A stretch of DNA of 64,000 nt. Source: an uncultured Gemmatimonadales bacterium (GTDB lineage Bacteria > Gemmatimonadota > Gemmatimonadetes > Gemmatimonadales > Gemmatimonadaceae). Positions 43,201-55,354 of this stretch are shown here, in pieces (the first letter of the stretch is position 1; each line of letters starts with the position of its first letter). The stretch is from positions 1,152,001 through 1,216,000 of the forward strand of contig CAWKMU010000003.1 of assembly GCA_963850905.1 (NCBI GenBank). The letters are read 5' to 3'. A model generated the notes under the pieces. That model was not told where the DNA came from and searched no databases. It saw nothing but the letters and a program-made list of their open reading frames with translations. Position numbers and translations under genes: made by a program.

Positions 43201-46200
43201 TCGAGCGCGTGATGGGGACCGGGTCGCCCCGCGAGGTGTGGCGGCGCATGTGGCCCGCGGTGGCCGCCGCCGGGTTCATTGGCCTCGCGGTAACCATCCG
43301 CGGGTTGACGGCTCACGGCGTGACCGGACCGACGGGATGGATGGCGGGACACGAGATCCGTTATTTCGTCGGCGACCTTGCCTCTGGTCGCGTTGTGGGT
43401 CGTGAGTCCGACGATCGCGAACGCCTTGAGCGCACCCGTCGTCCGGCGCGAGCGGCAGCTGAACGTGTCCGAGCGATGGGCCGCCCTGCGGTACGCGCTG
43501 CGGCACTGGCGCTACTTCGACCGCTTCGTGAGCGCGGACACACAGTGGCTCGCGCCAGACAATTTTCAGGACGATCCGACGCCGGTGGTCGCGCCTCGCA
43601 CATCGCCGACGAACGTCGGGCTTCAGCTACTCAGCATCGTCAGCGCCTACGATCTCGGCTTTCTGCCGTGCAGCGCGATGATCGAGCGCCTGGAGCACGT
43701 CTTCCGGGCGTTGGAACGCATGGAGCGCTGGCGAGGACATTTTTACAACTGGTACGACCTGTCCGATCTCCAGGTGCTCGACCCGCGCTACATCTCGACG
43801 GTCGACAGCGGGAACCTCGCGGGCCACCTGATCGCGTTGAAGCAGGCCTGCCTCGCCATCCCCGATGAACCGGTCGTCGACGGCCGGCTGTGGGAGGCGT
43901 TGCACACCGGGCTGACGATCGCGGCTGATGAGCTGCGGAATGCCGCATCGTCCGGCGCGGTGGACAGTCCCCGTCAGTGGCAGGCAGTTCTCGAGGCGGC
44001 GGAGCGAGTGCGCGCCGTCATCGCGTCGTTGCCGCAGGTCGCGGGCTGGCCATCAAACGCCGGCCCCGCACCGACCGGTGCGCCTGTGGTCGCGTCCGTG
44101 GCGCCTACGCTTGTGGGTGTCGCGGGGTCAGTGCTTCCGGCCGATACGCGCGTCGCGGTGGCGCCGAGTCACGGCACTGCCTCCGCGCAGGCGATCCAGA
44201 CACTCGTCGACCGACTGCGCACGGCCGAGCGAGTCCTGGTTGAACGTGGTGGCGGTCCCGCGGCGCTGGGGCGCGTGGTCGCGGGCGGGGCGGCGGCCGC
44301 CGTCCCCCCGGGCGAGTCGGTGGCATCGGAGGTCTCTCAGACCGAACCGCCCACGACGTGGTTGACGTGGGGGCGCGCGCTGCTCGAAGCATACCTGGCG
44401 GAGCTCGCCGCTGTCGGGGCCAAGGGCGTGACCCCGACAGACGCGCACGCGGGCAGCATCCCGACGTGGCGCGAGGCCGCGCGCACGTCGACGTACGCCG
44501 CGCAGCAGCTCGCCCGCCTCGAAGCGGTCGCCACCCGCGCAGCGTTGTATGCGCACGAGATGGACTTCACGTTCCTGTACGACGCACGGCGCAAGCTGTT
44601 TTCCATCGGCTACCAGGTCGCGACGTCGTCACTCGACGCGTCCTACTACGACCTGCTCGCCTCCGAGGCGCGCCTGGCCAGCTTCGTCGCGATCGCGAAG
44701 GACGAAGTCCCGGTCGAGCACTGGTTCCACCTCGGGCGCTCGCTCACCACGGCTGTCGGCGACCTGACGCTCATCTCGTGGAGCGGGAGCATGTTCGAGT
44801 ACTTGATGCCCGTGCTGGTCATGCAGTCGTTCCCCTTCACGCTGTTGGACCAGACGTACCAAGGTGCGGTCGCCGCGCAGATCGCCTATGGACGTGAGCG
44901 GAGCGTCCCTTGGGGGGTGTCGGAATCCGCGTACAACGCGCGTGACCGAAACCAGATCTATCAATACCGTGCCTTCGGCGTGCCCGCCCTGGCGCTCAAG
45001 CGCGGATTGTCCCGCGACCTCGTCATCGCACCGTACGCGACGCTCCTCGCCCTCGGTGTAGATCCGCATCACGCGATGCGCAACCTCACCTCACTGGAAG
45101 GCGAAGGCGCGCTCGGGGCGTTCGGGTTCCGCGATGCGATCGACTACACGCGGCCGCTGCCCGGCACGCGGAAAGCCGTGGTGTTCGCGTACATGGCGCA
45201 TCACATCGGCATGGGGCTCGTCGCGCTCACGAACGCGATCCTGCGCGACATCTGGCAGCGCCGCTTTCACAGCGACGCGCTCGTGCGGTCGGCAGAGCTC
45301 GTCCTCTTCGAGCGTATTCCGCGCCGCTTCATGACGCAGGCAGCGCAGAGCGGCGACGCGGGAGGAACGCCTGCGGCGGGGCCTGCCTATGGTCGAGAAG
45401 CCGGCGGCGCGGTCGTTCGACACTGCGTTCACGCCACGGCCCCACATCGCGCTTCTCGGACGCGCGCCCTACACCGTGATGATCACGAACGGTGGCGGGG
45501 GGTACAGCCGGTTCGACGGGATGGACATCACGCGCTGGCGCGCCGACGGCACGCTCGACAACAGCGGCCAGTGGTGCTACGTGAAGGATGTCACGCCGCC
45601 CGCTCCCGAATCGGCTCTCCCCGTCCGGGCCGGCCGCTTGTGGTCCGCGGCGCTACCAACCGGTGTCGGCCAACGGCGACTGGTATCGCGTCACCTTCGC
45701 GACCGATCGGGCAACGTTCCAGCGCCGCGACGCGGACATCGAGACCCGACTCGAGGTGACGGTCGTGCCTGAAGACGCGGCCGAAGTGCGGCGCCTCACG
45801 CTGACGAATCACGGCTCCGCGACCCGTGAGCTCGAGCTGACGAGCTATGGCGAGATCGTCCTCGCCCCGCACGATGCCGACCTCCAGGGGACCGCATTCT
45901 CCAACCTCTTCGTAGAGACGGAGTGGCAGCCGGGAAGTGCCGCGATCCTCGCGTCGCGCCGCCCGCGCTCGTCGACGGAGCGGCGACTGTGGGCGGTGCA
46001 CGTGGCGGCCGTCGGGACGGCGGCCGGCGCCGTGGGTCGGGACCTGATTGGCACGGTCACGTGTGAAACCGATCGCGCGCGGCTCCTCGGACGTTGCCGC
46101 GGCGTCCGGCGGCCTGCCGCGCTCGATGACACTGCCGATGGCCCGCTCTCAGGCACTACGGGCGCGGTCCTCGACCCTGTATTCGCGCTTCGCGTCCGCG

Positions 46201-49200
46201 TACGGATCGCTGGCGGCCTGTCCTTGCGGGTCGCCTTCACGACACTCGTCGCCTCCGACCGCGACCGTGCACTGGAGTTGGCCGACCGCTATCACGACCC
46301 GTACAGCGCGCAGCGCGCACTGGACCTGTCCTGGATGCAGGCCCAAGTCGAGCTTCGCGAGTTGGCCATCACGCCAGCCGATGCCGCGCTGTATCAGGAG
46401 ATCGCCGGATATCTCACGTACGTCACGCCGGCCGTGCGGGCGCCACAGCGCGAGCTCCAGCAGGCGCGACGCGGGCGTGACGCGCTATGGGCGCACGGCA
46501 TCTCAGGCGACAACCCCATCGTGCTCGCAACGATCGAATCGACCGCGGGCTTGCCGACGATTCGCGAGCTGTTGGCAGCGCATCACTACTGGCGGCTGAA
46601 GGGCATGGCCGTGGACCTGGTGTTGCTCAACACCCATCCGCCATCGTACAACCAGGAGCTGCAGGATGCGTTGCTGACGACCGTCATGGGATCGACCGAA
46701 GGATCCCTGCTCGACAAGGGCGGCGGCGTCTTCATCCGGCGACGCGACCTGCTGCCGCCGAATGACCTGGCCACGCTGCGTGCGATGGCCGGTGTCGAGG
46801 TACCGTGCGACGGCGGCCTCCGCCTGGCCGAGATCCTCGAGGTGCCGGATGTCGCACCCGACTATCCGGCGCCATTCGTCCCGCAGGTACAAACCGCCAA
46901 CGCGATCGTCACCCCGAGCACGCTCGCTGCAGCGGCGGCCCGAGACGCGTCCGCCGACAGCGACCGCACCGCGGGCGATGGGGCGGGCACCGCGCTGGCC
47001 GTCTCCGCTGCGGCCGCCGGGGCCGGCCGCGGGTCCGACTTGGCCGCGGCGCCATCGCGAGACGGCAGCGTGCCGGGTGGCAGTGACACGGTAACGACCG
47101 GCCCGCCGCGTGCCGCTCCGCCAGCTCGGCTGCTGACGGGCGCTCTCCCAACCAATGGATTGGGATCGCTCGCGCCCGATGGCGCATACGAGATCATCCT
47201 GCGCGAGGGCGCGACCACTCCGGCGCCATGGGGCAACGTGATCGCGAATGAGCGAGCCGGCTTTCTGGTGTCGGAGAACGGCAGTGGGTGCACGTGGGCC
47301 GAAAGCAGCTACTTCTATCGGCTATCGCCGTGGCGCAACGATCCGGTGAGTGATCCACCGACCGAGGTGGTGTACTTGCGCGATGACGAGACCGGCGAGG
47401 TCTGGACGGTCACGCCCACACCGGTCCGCCACACCTCACCCTACCTCGTGCGCCACAGCGCGGGGCTGACCGAGTTCCGACACAACCACGCCGGCATCGC
47501 CGCCTCGCTGTCGCTGGGCATGGCCGCCAGCGATCCGGTGAAAGTCACGGTGCTGACTGTCGCGAACGAGACCAATCACCTCCGCCGCCTCACCGTGACG
47601 AGCTACGTCGAGTGGGTCCTCGGCGTGGTCCGCGAGGTCACGCGGCATCACGTGCGCACGACGTTCGACCGCGGGCTCGAAGCCATGTTCGCGCAGAACG
47701 CATTCGATCCGCAATTCGCGGACTGGGTCGCCTTCGCCTCGCTGAGCGAGCCACTGAGCAGTTACACAGCAGACCGGCGCGAGTTTCTGGGCCGCAACGG
47801 CAATTATGGTGATCCGGCGGCTCTCCGGCGGATCCTGTTGGCTGAAGCCACGGGCGCAGGGCTCGATCCGTGCTCGGCGCTCCAGTGCGAACTGGTCCTC
47901 CGGCCGGGCGAGACACGCACGATCGCCGTCGTACTCGGTGCCACGGCCACGAGGGCAACGGCTCGAGATCTCGTCCAGAAATTCAAAGACGCAGACGTGG
48001 CGCGTCGGGCCGTGGCTGATGCGCAGGCCGCATGGTCCAGTCGCCTCGCCAAGATCACCGTTCGTACCCCCGAGCCGACGTTCGACGCGATGCTCAATGG
48101 CTGGCTCTTCTATCAGGCCCTCTCGTGCCGAATGTGGGGGCGGACGGCGCTGTACCAGTCGAGTGGTGCGTACGGTTTCCGCGATCAACTACAGGACTCG
48201 GCCGCATTCGTGTACGCGGAACCCGAGATCACGCGGGCGCACATTCTCCGCTGTGCGGCTCGCCAGTTCGTCGAAGGGGATGTGCAGCACTGGTGGCATC
48301 CGCAGAGCGGGCAGGGCGTGCGAACCCGCATCAGCGACGATCTGATCTGGCTGCCGTTCATCGTCGACCACTACGTCTCGGTCACTGGCGATACCGGTAT
48401 CCTCGATGATCAGGCGTCCTTCCTGACCACCCGACAGTTGGAGCCTGGTGAGACCGAGCTCTATGACCGGCCAGATGTCTCGAGTGAAACGGCATCCGTC
48501 TACGAGCACTGTCTCCGCGCCCTGCGGAAAGGAGCCACGATCGGGCCTCGCGGACTTCCACTCATCGGAAGCGGTGATTGGAACGACGGATTCAACCGGG
48601 TGGGCATCGAAGGTCGCGGCGAAAGCGTGTGGCTCGGGTGGTTCCTGATCACTACGCTTCGCCGATTCGCCGCGTATTGTGACGCCCGCAACGACACGGG
48701 CTCGGCGACCTCCCTCCGCCAGCAGGCTGACAAGTACGCGGAGGCGATCGAATCCACCTCGTGGGATGGTGAGTGGTATCGCCGCGCCTACTTCGATGAT
48801 GGCACGCCGCTCGGGAGCGCGACCGAATCAGAATGCACCATCGACTCCATCGCGCAGAGCTGGGGCGTGATCTCGCGGGCCGCGCCGCCGGACCGCGCGC
48901 AGCAGGCGATGGCATCGCTCAACCGCCACCTCGTACGCGAGGATGCCCGTTTGCTCATGCTGCTCACGCCCGCGTTCGACAGAACGACGCACGATCCTGG
49001 CTACATCAAGGGGTATGTTCCCGGCGTGCGCGAAAACGGCGCGCAGTATACGCACGGCGCGCTGTGGGCCGTGCTCGCGACCGCGTTCCAGGGCGACGGT
49101 GATCGCGCGCTCGAGCTCTTCCAGATGATCAACCCACTCACGCACGCCGCGACCGCGGGCGATGTCGGGCGGTACAAAGTCGAGCCCTACGTGGTCGTGG

Positions 49201-49583
49201 CTGACGTGTACACCGCTGCGGGGCACCTAGGGCGCGGGGGGTGGACGTGGTACACGGGGTCGGCCGCCTGGATGTACCGGGTCGGGTTGGAGGCGATCCT
49301 CGGCTTCACAAAACGTGGTGCTGCGCTGCGCCTCGATCCATGCATGCCGGCCCATTGGGATCGGGTGACGATCGACTACACCTACCGCTCGACCCAGTAC
49401 CATATCGAGCTCCGCAACCCGCATGGTGTGACTCGCGGGATTGCCGCAGTGACTGTGGATGGAGTGCCCCTCGAGGACCATGTCGTCGCGCTGACCGACG
49501 ACGGGCGACCGCACGACGTCGTCGTCGAGATGGGACCCGCCGGCGTTGGCGCGGCGGAGATGGTGGAGGAGCAGACGCTCTAG
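40264..49583 (+). CDS. ndvB: Cyclic beta-1,2-glucan synthase (GT84 + GH94 phosphorylase domains), several frameshifts
   Basis: EWLLDNFY, WMGWERKRGKL, YVITLDSDT, LLSHDLIEG, RWIRGDWQ, RTSPTNVG, YYDLLASEARL, SWSGSMFEYLMP, YQSSGAYGFRDQLQD, GDWNDG, ENGAQYTH, GGWTWYTGSA, spread over 982/793/127/1331-aa pieces. Confidence 0.93.
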
Positions 49584-49593
49584 CGTCCAGCCG

Positions 49594-51090
49594 TCAATTC
49601 TCCTCCATCCACTGCAGTACCGCCAATGTGAGGCGTTGGAGCGCGGGACTCTCCACCGTGCCGTTGAAGCCATCGAGTCCGCGGCCCCACTCGACGTCGC
49701 CGGCGTCGAACACGCCGGCGCCGCTGGGTGCGATGTAGAAGGTCGTGTAGTAATACGGGGCATACGGCACGCTGAACTTCGGAACCACGCGCGATTTGAA
49801 CAGCACCTGCAGGTTCTTCGGGGATGAGGTATCCGGGATGATGCGGTCGCCCTCGATGCCGATCTGGTTCGGAATCTGTTGTCCGGCGCGCAGCCCTGCT
49901 GCGGCGAGGAACGACGCGGCCTCAGGACCTGTGGCGGTGTCACTGGTGACGAGTGGCTGGAGCGGTGTCGTCTGCGTGCCAAGCACGTACTCGCTCCCGA
50001 TCATCGCGTCCTCGGGGCGATCGACCGGCTTCCGGCGAAACTCGGTCGTGGTCAGCGAATCGGCTGCGGCGCCCGGGTCTGGATCGAGTTTATAGCAGGT
50101 CACGACGTCCGCTGCCCGCTCGGTCACGGGACCCGCCGAGAGTCGAATGTTCCAGTAGGCGTTGTTGCCCGACAGGAAGGCGAGGTGTACGTGCGCATCC
50201 CGCAAATTCTGCACGATCGAGCGCTCGTGGTACGTCCAGTACTCATCGTGGCCGATGAAGATGAGTCCTTTCTTGGGTCGTGGCATCCCGCGCGAGTCCT
50301 CTGTCAAGTCGACACTCGACGCATACGTCACGTCGAAGCCGCTTCGCTCGAGGAAGCGGAGATCGCGGAGATCGTGGCTCTTGTAGTCGTCGAGAATGTA
50401 CATGGAGCCACCGTTCGCCCCGTATGGGCGCTCGAACGACACGAAATGGCCAAAGCTCCCGCCGGGCTGGTCGCTCGCATTGGCAGACTGGGTGGCCGTG
50501 TAGAGCGAGGACCCTCCGTAGGCATTGTACGCTTGCCACGAGAATTGCGGCACGACTGCGACGAATGTCGCAGGCCTCGGATCGGTGAGAACAAACGGAT
50601 AGAAACCGGCGAGCCGTGTGTGATCCACTGCTTTGATGAGGTAGACGCCGCTGACCCAGTCGTCGCCGACGACGATGCGCATCGTCTGCGTCCACGGGCA
50701 CACGACTGGCCCGGGGAACGGAGCAGAGCATCCGGGCTGCGGGTGCGCCGCGATACTGTCCTGCGTGAAGACGACATGGCCACCGGCGCCGCCGTACCAT
50801 CCCAGCCGATAGACCGTGATGTCGACAGGGCCGGCGGTGGCGTGAACGTACACAGCGAGCGTGTCGCCGAGTCGCGCTGCATACGGGCTCGCCCACAGCG
50901 CCAGTTGCGTCTGTGGCGCCCAGCCAGACACGGGCACCGCCCAGGAGGAGTCGCCGACCTCTGCGTTTGCCTGCCGCACGGTGGTCCGCGGCGGAAGATT
51001 CGACGGCGCGGTGCTGTCGCCGCATGCGGTGCCGATAGACAGCGCGACCGCGACCGCGAGCGCGTCGCGGAATCGGAAGTGAGCTGACAC
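49594..51090 (-). CDS. Lipoprotein with N,N-dimethylformamidase beta-subunit-like domain
   Basis: Lipobox GTAC; motifs VYRLGWYGG, WVSGVYL, WQAYNAYGGSSLY, SFERPY, GHDEYW, GNNAYW, VFDAG..WG. Confidence 0.8.
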   Translation of the reverse strand: MSAHFRFRDALAVAVALSIGTACGDSTAPSNLPPRTTVRQANAEVGDSSWAVPVSGWAPQTQLALWASPYAARLGDTLAVYVHATAGPVDITVYRLGWYGGAGGHVVFTQDSIAAHPQPGCSAPFPGPVVCPWTQTMRIVVGDDWVSGVYLIKAVDHTRLAGFYPFVLTDPRPATFVAVVPQFSWQAYNAYGGSSLYTATQSANASDQPGGSFGHFVSFERPYGANGGSMYILDDYKSHDLRDLRFLERSGFDVTYASSVDLTEDSRGMPRPKKGLIFIGHDEYWTYHERSIVQNLRDAHVHLAFLSGNNAYWNIRLSAGPVTERAADVVTCYKLDPDPGAAADSLTTTEFRRKPVDRPEDAMIGSEYVLGTQTTPLQPLVTSDTATGPEAASFLAAAGLRAGQQIPNQIGIEGDRIIPDTSSPKNLQVLFKSRVVPKFSVPYAPYYYTTFYIAPSGAGVFDAGDVEWGRGLDGFNGTVESPALQRLTLAVLQWMEEN

Positions 51091-51175
51091 ATCGGGGTGA
51101 GAAGCGAGAAGCGCGCCAAGACCAAACGGCGGGGTCAGGCGTCGTGGTCGTTCCCCCGACCCGTGACCGCGCCGT

Positions 51176-53221
51176 TTAGCTCTTCACAACCCTCATCGCC
51201 AACTCCACGACGTGATCCGTCGTGATCCCCAGCTCTTTGAGTACGCGCGGACCAGGAGCGGACGCGCCGAAGCGTTCGAGTCCGAGGACTGCGCCGTTGG
51301 CGCCCACCCATCGGTACCACGACATCGGATGGGCCGCTTCGACCGCGACACGTGGTGGTCCCGCCGGGAGGACGGCGCGCTGGTAGTCTTCCGGCTGTCT
51401 CGCGAAGATCTCCAGGCTTGGGGCGCTCACGACGCGGGCACGAATGCCTTCAGCGGCAAGGCGTTGTTGCGCTTCGATGATGAGCGACACCTCCGATCCG
51501 CTTGCGAGCAACACGACTTGCGGTGCGCCGCCAGGCGTGTCGCCCAACACGTACATGCCACGCGCAACGCCGTCGGCGCTCGCGAACCGTGTTCGATCAA
51601 TGAGTGGGACCTTCTGCCGTGTGAACACGAGCGCAACGGGCCCATCCCAATGTGGCATCGCGACCCGCCACGCCACCGCGACCTCGTTGGCGTCTGCCGG
51701 TCGGATCACGGTCATGAAGGGAATGCACCTGAGAGCGGTGAGCTGCTCGATCGGCTGATGCGTCGGTCCGTCCTCGCCGAGCCCAATCGAGTCATGGGTG
51801 TACACGTAAATCACGTGCAGCCGCATGAGTGCCGCGAGGCGAATCGGCGGACGCATGTAATCCGAGAAGATCAGAAACGTGCCGCCGAAGGGAATGAGCC
51901 CGCCGTGCACCGCCATCCCGTTCATGATCGCGCCCATGCCGTGCTCGCGAATGCCGAAATGGATGTAGCGGCCGGCGTAATCGTCGGGGGCGAAGTTGCG
52001 GATGCCGGCGAGCGCGGTGCCGTTTGAGGGCGTCAGGTCCGCCGAGCCTCCAAGGAGCTCAGGGGTCTTCGCCACGATTGCGTTGAGCACGATGTTCGAG
52101 GACGCCCGAGTGGCGACGTTCCCGTTCTCCGCTGTGAACGTCGGAATCGCGGAGTCCCATCCCGTCGGCAGCACCCGACGCCATCGACGGTCCAACTCCT
52201 CGGCCGCATCGGGATACGCCGACTGGTACGACGCGTAGCGCATCTGCCACTCCTCGTGGTCCGCGCGCCCGCGCTCGAGCGCCCTGCGCCAGTTCGCAAT
52301 CGCCTCGGGCGGCACGAAGAACGCCTCCGTCCACGGCCACCGAAGGGTCTTTCGCGCCTGCGCGACGACGTCGGCTCCCAGCGCCTCGCCGTGCGCCTTG
52401 GCGGAATCCTGCTTCGAGCTACCATAGCCGATGTGCGTCCGGCAGATGATGAGAGACGGTCGCCCGGTCTCCCCCTGCGCGACTTCGATTGCCGCGCTGA
52501 GCACATCGAGATCGTTGACGTCGGGGACATGCTGCACGTGCCATCCGTAGGCCGAGAATCGCTCGCCCACGTCGTCGGAGTACGTCAGATCCGTCGAGCC
52601 ATCGATGGTAATGTGATTGTCGTCGTAGAATCCGATCAGCTTACCAAGTTTGAAGTGCCCCGCGAATGAAGCCGCTTCGTGCGAGACACCTTCCATGAGA
52701 TCGCCGTCGCTGCAGATGAAGTACGTGTGGTGGTCGATCACCGCATGGCCCGGGTGATTGAACACCGCAGCGAGGTTCGCTTCCGCCACGGCCATGCCGA
52801 CGGCGTTGCCGACACCCTGGCCCAGCGGGCCAGTCGTGACCTCGATGCCGGGGGTGTGGCCGTACTCCGGATGACCCGGGGTCTTGCTACCCCACTGGCG
52901 GAACTGCTTGATATCGTCCAGCGTCAGGGCATAGCCGGACAGATAGAGCGCCGAGTACTGCAGCATACAGGCGTGCCCGGCCGACAGAACGAACCTGTCT
53001 CGATTGGGCCACGCCGGATCAGCGGGGTCGTGATGCAGAAAGCGGGTGTACAGCAGGTAGGCGATCGGCGCCAGCGCCATCGGTGTGCCGGGGTGTCCCG
53101 AATCGGCCTTTTGCACCGCGTCCATTGCCAGAATGCGGACGGCATTGATCGAGAGCAGGTCGAGGTCCCCCGGGGGGGGCACGGGGGGCGGGGTCGGGCG
53201 ATCGGTGAGGGTGGTTTCCAT
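51176..53221 (-). CDS. tkt: Transketolase
   Basis: SGHPGTPM, RDRFVLSAGH, TTGPLGQG, SDGDLMEG, THDSIGLGEDGPTHQP. Confidence 0.98.
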   Translation of the reverse strand: METTLTDRPTPPPVPPPGDLDLLSINAVRILAMDAVQKADSGHPGTPMALAPIAYLLYTRFLHHDPADPAWPNRDRFVLSAGHACMLQYSALYLSGYALTLDDIKQFRQWGSKTPGHPEYGHTPGIEVTTGPLGQGVGNAVGMAVAEANLAAVFNHPGHAVIDHHTYFICSDGDLMEGVSHEAASFAGHFKLGKLIGFYDDNHITIDGSTDLTYSDDVGERFSAYGWHVQHVPDVNDLDVLSAAIEVAQGETGRPSLIICRTHIGYGSSKQDSAKAHGEALGADVVAQARKTLRWPWTEAFFVPPEAIANWRRALERGRADHEEWQMRYASYQSAYPDAAEELDRRWRRVLPTGWDSAIPTFTAENGNVATRASSNIVLNAIVAKTPELLGGSADLTPSNGTALAGIRNFAPDDYAGRYIHFGIREHGMGAIMNGMAVHGGLIPFGGTFLIFSDYMRPPIRLAALMRLHVIYVYTHDSIGLGEDGPTHQPIEQLTALRCIPFMTVIRPADANEVAVAWRVAMPHWDGPVALVFTRQKVPLIDRTRFASADGVARGMYVLGDTPGGAPQVVLLASGSEVSLIIEAQQRLAAEGIRARVVSAPSLEIFARQPEDYQRAVLPAGPPRVAVEAAHPMSWYRWVGANGAVLGLERFGASAPGPRVLKELGITTDHVVELAMRVVKS

Positions 53222-53277
53222 CCGCGCAAGATAAGCAGTGAGGGTATCGCAGGCCCGTCAGCCTCGTCTGCCTCCCT

Positions 53278-55329
53278 GTGACAGATCTCGACCAGCTGGC
53301 GCGCCGAGTAGATCAGCTCGAAGGCGTTGTCCGCGCCCTGTATCCGCTCGTCCAACAACTGCGGTCGGAGGTGTCGGCGCTGGGCGTCGCGCGAGGTGCA
53401 ACAGCGAGCGGCATGCCAGCGCAGGCCGTTGCGTCGCATCCGTCAGCGGCGCCGACGCCGCCCCCAGGACCGCAACCGCCACCGATCCGTCAGGCAGCGG
53501 ACGCTGCGACCCCACTCGCACCCTCTGCTGAGCGCGTCGCTCCTCCGATCCCACCGTCACCCGGCACGGCCGCCCCAGTGCGGCGCACCGCGCTGCCCTC
53601 CAGTGATGTGAGTCTCGAGGCGGCCGTCGGACGATACGGCGCGTTGGGGTTGGCAACCGTGTCGATTCTCCTCGGGGTCGGGGCGTTCGTCCAGTGGGCG
53701 ATTGCACGTGGACTATTGGGCCCCGCGGTCCGCGTTGCTCTTGGTCTCGTGGCGGCGATCGCGGTGGGCGCATTCGGCGCGCGGTTGCGGAATCGCGGCG
53801 CGCGGCGATTCGGTCACACCATGCTTGCCTTGGCGCTCGCCATCGTGCACGTGGATGCCTGGGGTGCGGGACCGACGCTGCATCTCGTTCCTTCGCCGGT
53901 CGCGCTGACAGCCGTTGCGATCGCGTCGTTGGCGCTCGCCTGGCTGGCGCTCCTGGACGGCGAACCAACGATCTTCTCGGTCGGCGTTGGTGGTGCACTG
54001 CTCGCACCGTTCGTGACGTCGAATGGCGAGCCGCACGTCGTGGCACTACTGACGTTTGGCTACCTCGTGATCGCGGCAGCGGTATGGGCGGTGCGCGACC
54101 GCGGATGGGACGTTCCCGTGGCGATCCTCGCGATTGGTTCGGTGGTATACACGGCGGCCGCGAGCGAGATGCCGCAGCCCGATTGGGCAGCGGCGCGGGC
54201 GTTCCTCCCCCAGGCGTTCGCGCTCGCCTGCGGCGGCACGGGCTTGTTCGTTCTACCGGCCCGTCGGCGGTCGACACTCGCGCAAGGTGCCTTGATCGGT
54301 CTGTGGGAATCGCTGGCGCGGCTCACGGTGCACGGCTCGCTGCCCACTGCGGTCGTCGGCAGTGCTGCGCTCGGAACAATCGTGGCGTACGCCTCATTGC
54401 CCGGCCTCGGTGATGCGACGCTGCGTACCCTGCTCGGCGGCTGCCTGCTGCCGCTCGCACTGTTGGGTGACGCGGTATGGGCTGTTCCTCCGACGGCGGG
54501 CGATCGCGCGGCCGTGACAGCGATGTGGGCGGTTGGCGCCGGCATTGCGGCCGCGCTCTACGGGCGGCTGGCAGCGACCGCGGGCTCGACCGACGCATCG
54601 CTGCGGACAGGCCGCTCAGTCGCAATCGCGATGGCTGGACTGGAAGGCGGCGCAGCGATCGTGATTGCGTATGGGCAATACCACCCAGTGCTCACGATTG
54701 TACTCCTGAGCGGCTACGGCGCCTTGCTGTCGACGATCGCAGTGCGGCGGGAATGGCCGAGCGCGTTCGTGCCCGTATTCGTCGTGCTCGCGACGGCCGC
54801 CGTCTGGGCCTGGGTGCGGCTGACGGCCCGGGTTGACTATGTGTACACGCCGTTCTTGACGCGCCCGTCCGCTGCGGCCGCAGCGTCCGTCGTGGCGTGG
54901 ATCGTGTCGGTCGCTGTGCTCAGTCGCGCTCCCTGGCTCGAGCCGTCGCGCCGGCCCGGAGTTGCCGCCGCAGCGGACGAATCGGTGCTGCAGTTCCTGC
55001 AGGCGGTACCGGTGATCGCCGGTTTTCTTTGGATCCGACAGGAACTGTCGGGGGCGGTATCGCCTGAGGTCGCGACGTTCCTGCTGATTGCGTACTACGC
55101 CGTTGCCGGCGTGGGCGCCGTCTTTGTGGGACGGGTGCGCAATATCCCGCCGCTCCGACACGCGGGACTCGCGGTAGCGGTGTACGCAGCGATCAAAGCC
55201 GTCGGCGAAGCCGCGCATCTCAGCGTTGCCCTCCGCATCGGCGGCTATCTGCTGGCGGGTGCCTTCCTACTCACGGTGGCCTTCTGGTATCGGGCGGCGG
55301 ACGATCTCGCCCCTACGGGACGCGTATAG
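53278..55329 (+). CDS. DUF2339-like multi-pass membrane protein
   Basis: N-terminal coil, Pro-rich linker, SLEAAVGRYG..LA...LLGVG.F..WAI..GLLGP..RV.LG and many TM helices. Confidence 0.8.
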   Translation: MTDLDQLARRVDQLEGVVRALYPLVQQLRSEVSALGVARGATASGMPAQAVASHPSAAPTPPPGPQPPPIRQAADAATPLAPSAERVAPPIPPSPGTAAPVRRTALPSSDVSLEAAVGRYGALGLATVSILLGVGAFVQWAIARGLLGPAVRVALGLVAAIAVGAFGARLRNRGARRFGHTMLALALAIVHVDAWGAGPTLHLVPSPVALTAVAIASLALAWLALLDGEPTIFSVGVGGALLAPFVTSNGEPHVVALLTFGYLVIAAAVWAVRDRGWDVPVAILAIGSVVYTAAASEMPQPDWAAARAFLPQAFALACGGTGLFVLPARRRSTLAQGALIGLWESLARLTVHGSLPTAVVGSAALGTIVAYASLPGLGDATLRTLLGGCLLPLALLGDAVWAVPPTAGDRAAVTAMWAVGAGIAAALYGRLAATAGSTDASLRTGRSVAIAMAGLEGGAAIVIAYGQYHPVLTIVLLSGYGALLSTIAVRREWPSAFVPVFVVLATAAVWAWVRLTARVDYVYTPFLTRPSAAAAASVVAWIVSVAVLSRAPWLEPSRRPGVAAAADESVLQFLQAVPVIAGFLWIRQELSGAVSPEVATFLLIAYYAVAGVGAVFVGRVRNIPPLRHAGLAVAVYAAIKAVGEAAHLSVALRIGGYLLAGAFLLTVAFWYRAADDLAPTGRV

Positions 55330-55352
55330 GGGCGGCCTTCGGGCCGCCCGGC
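55326..55352. terminator. Single REP-like hairpin between convergent genes, probable bidirectional terminator
   Basis: (A)TAG-GGGCGGCCTTCGGGCCGCCC overlapping the DUF2339 stop codon. Confidence 0.65.
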
Positions 55353-55354
55353 GG

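Noticed and set aside
43010..45660. Programmed frameshifting or split genes in ndvB
   Set aside because: No consistent slippery sites were seen, and similar indels throughout the window point to sequence error.
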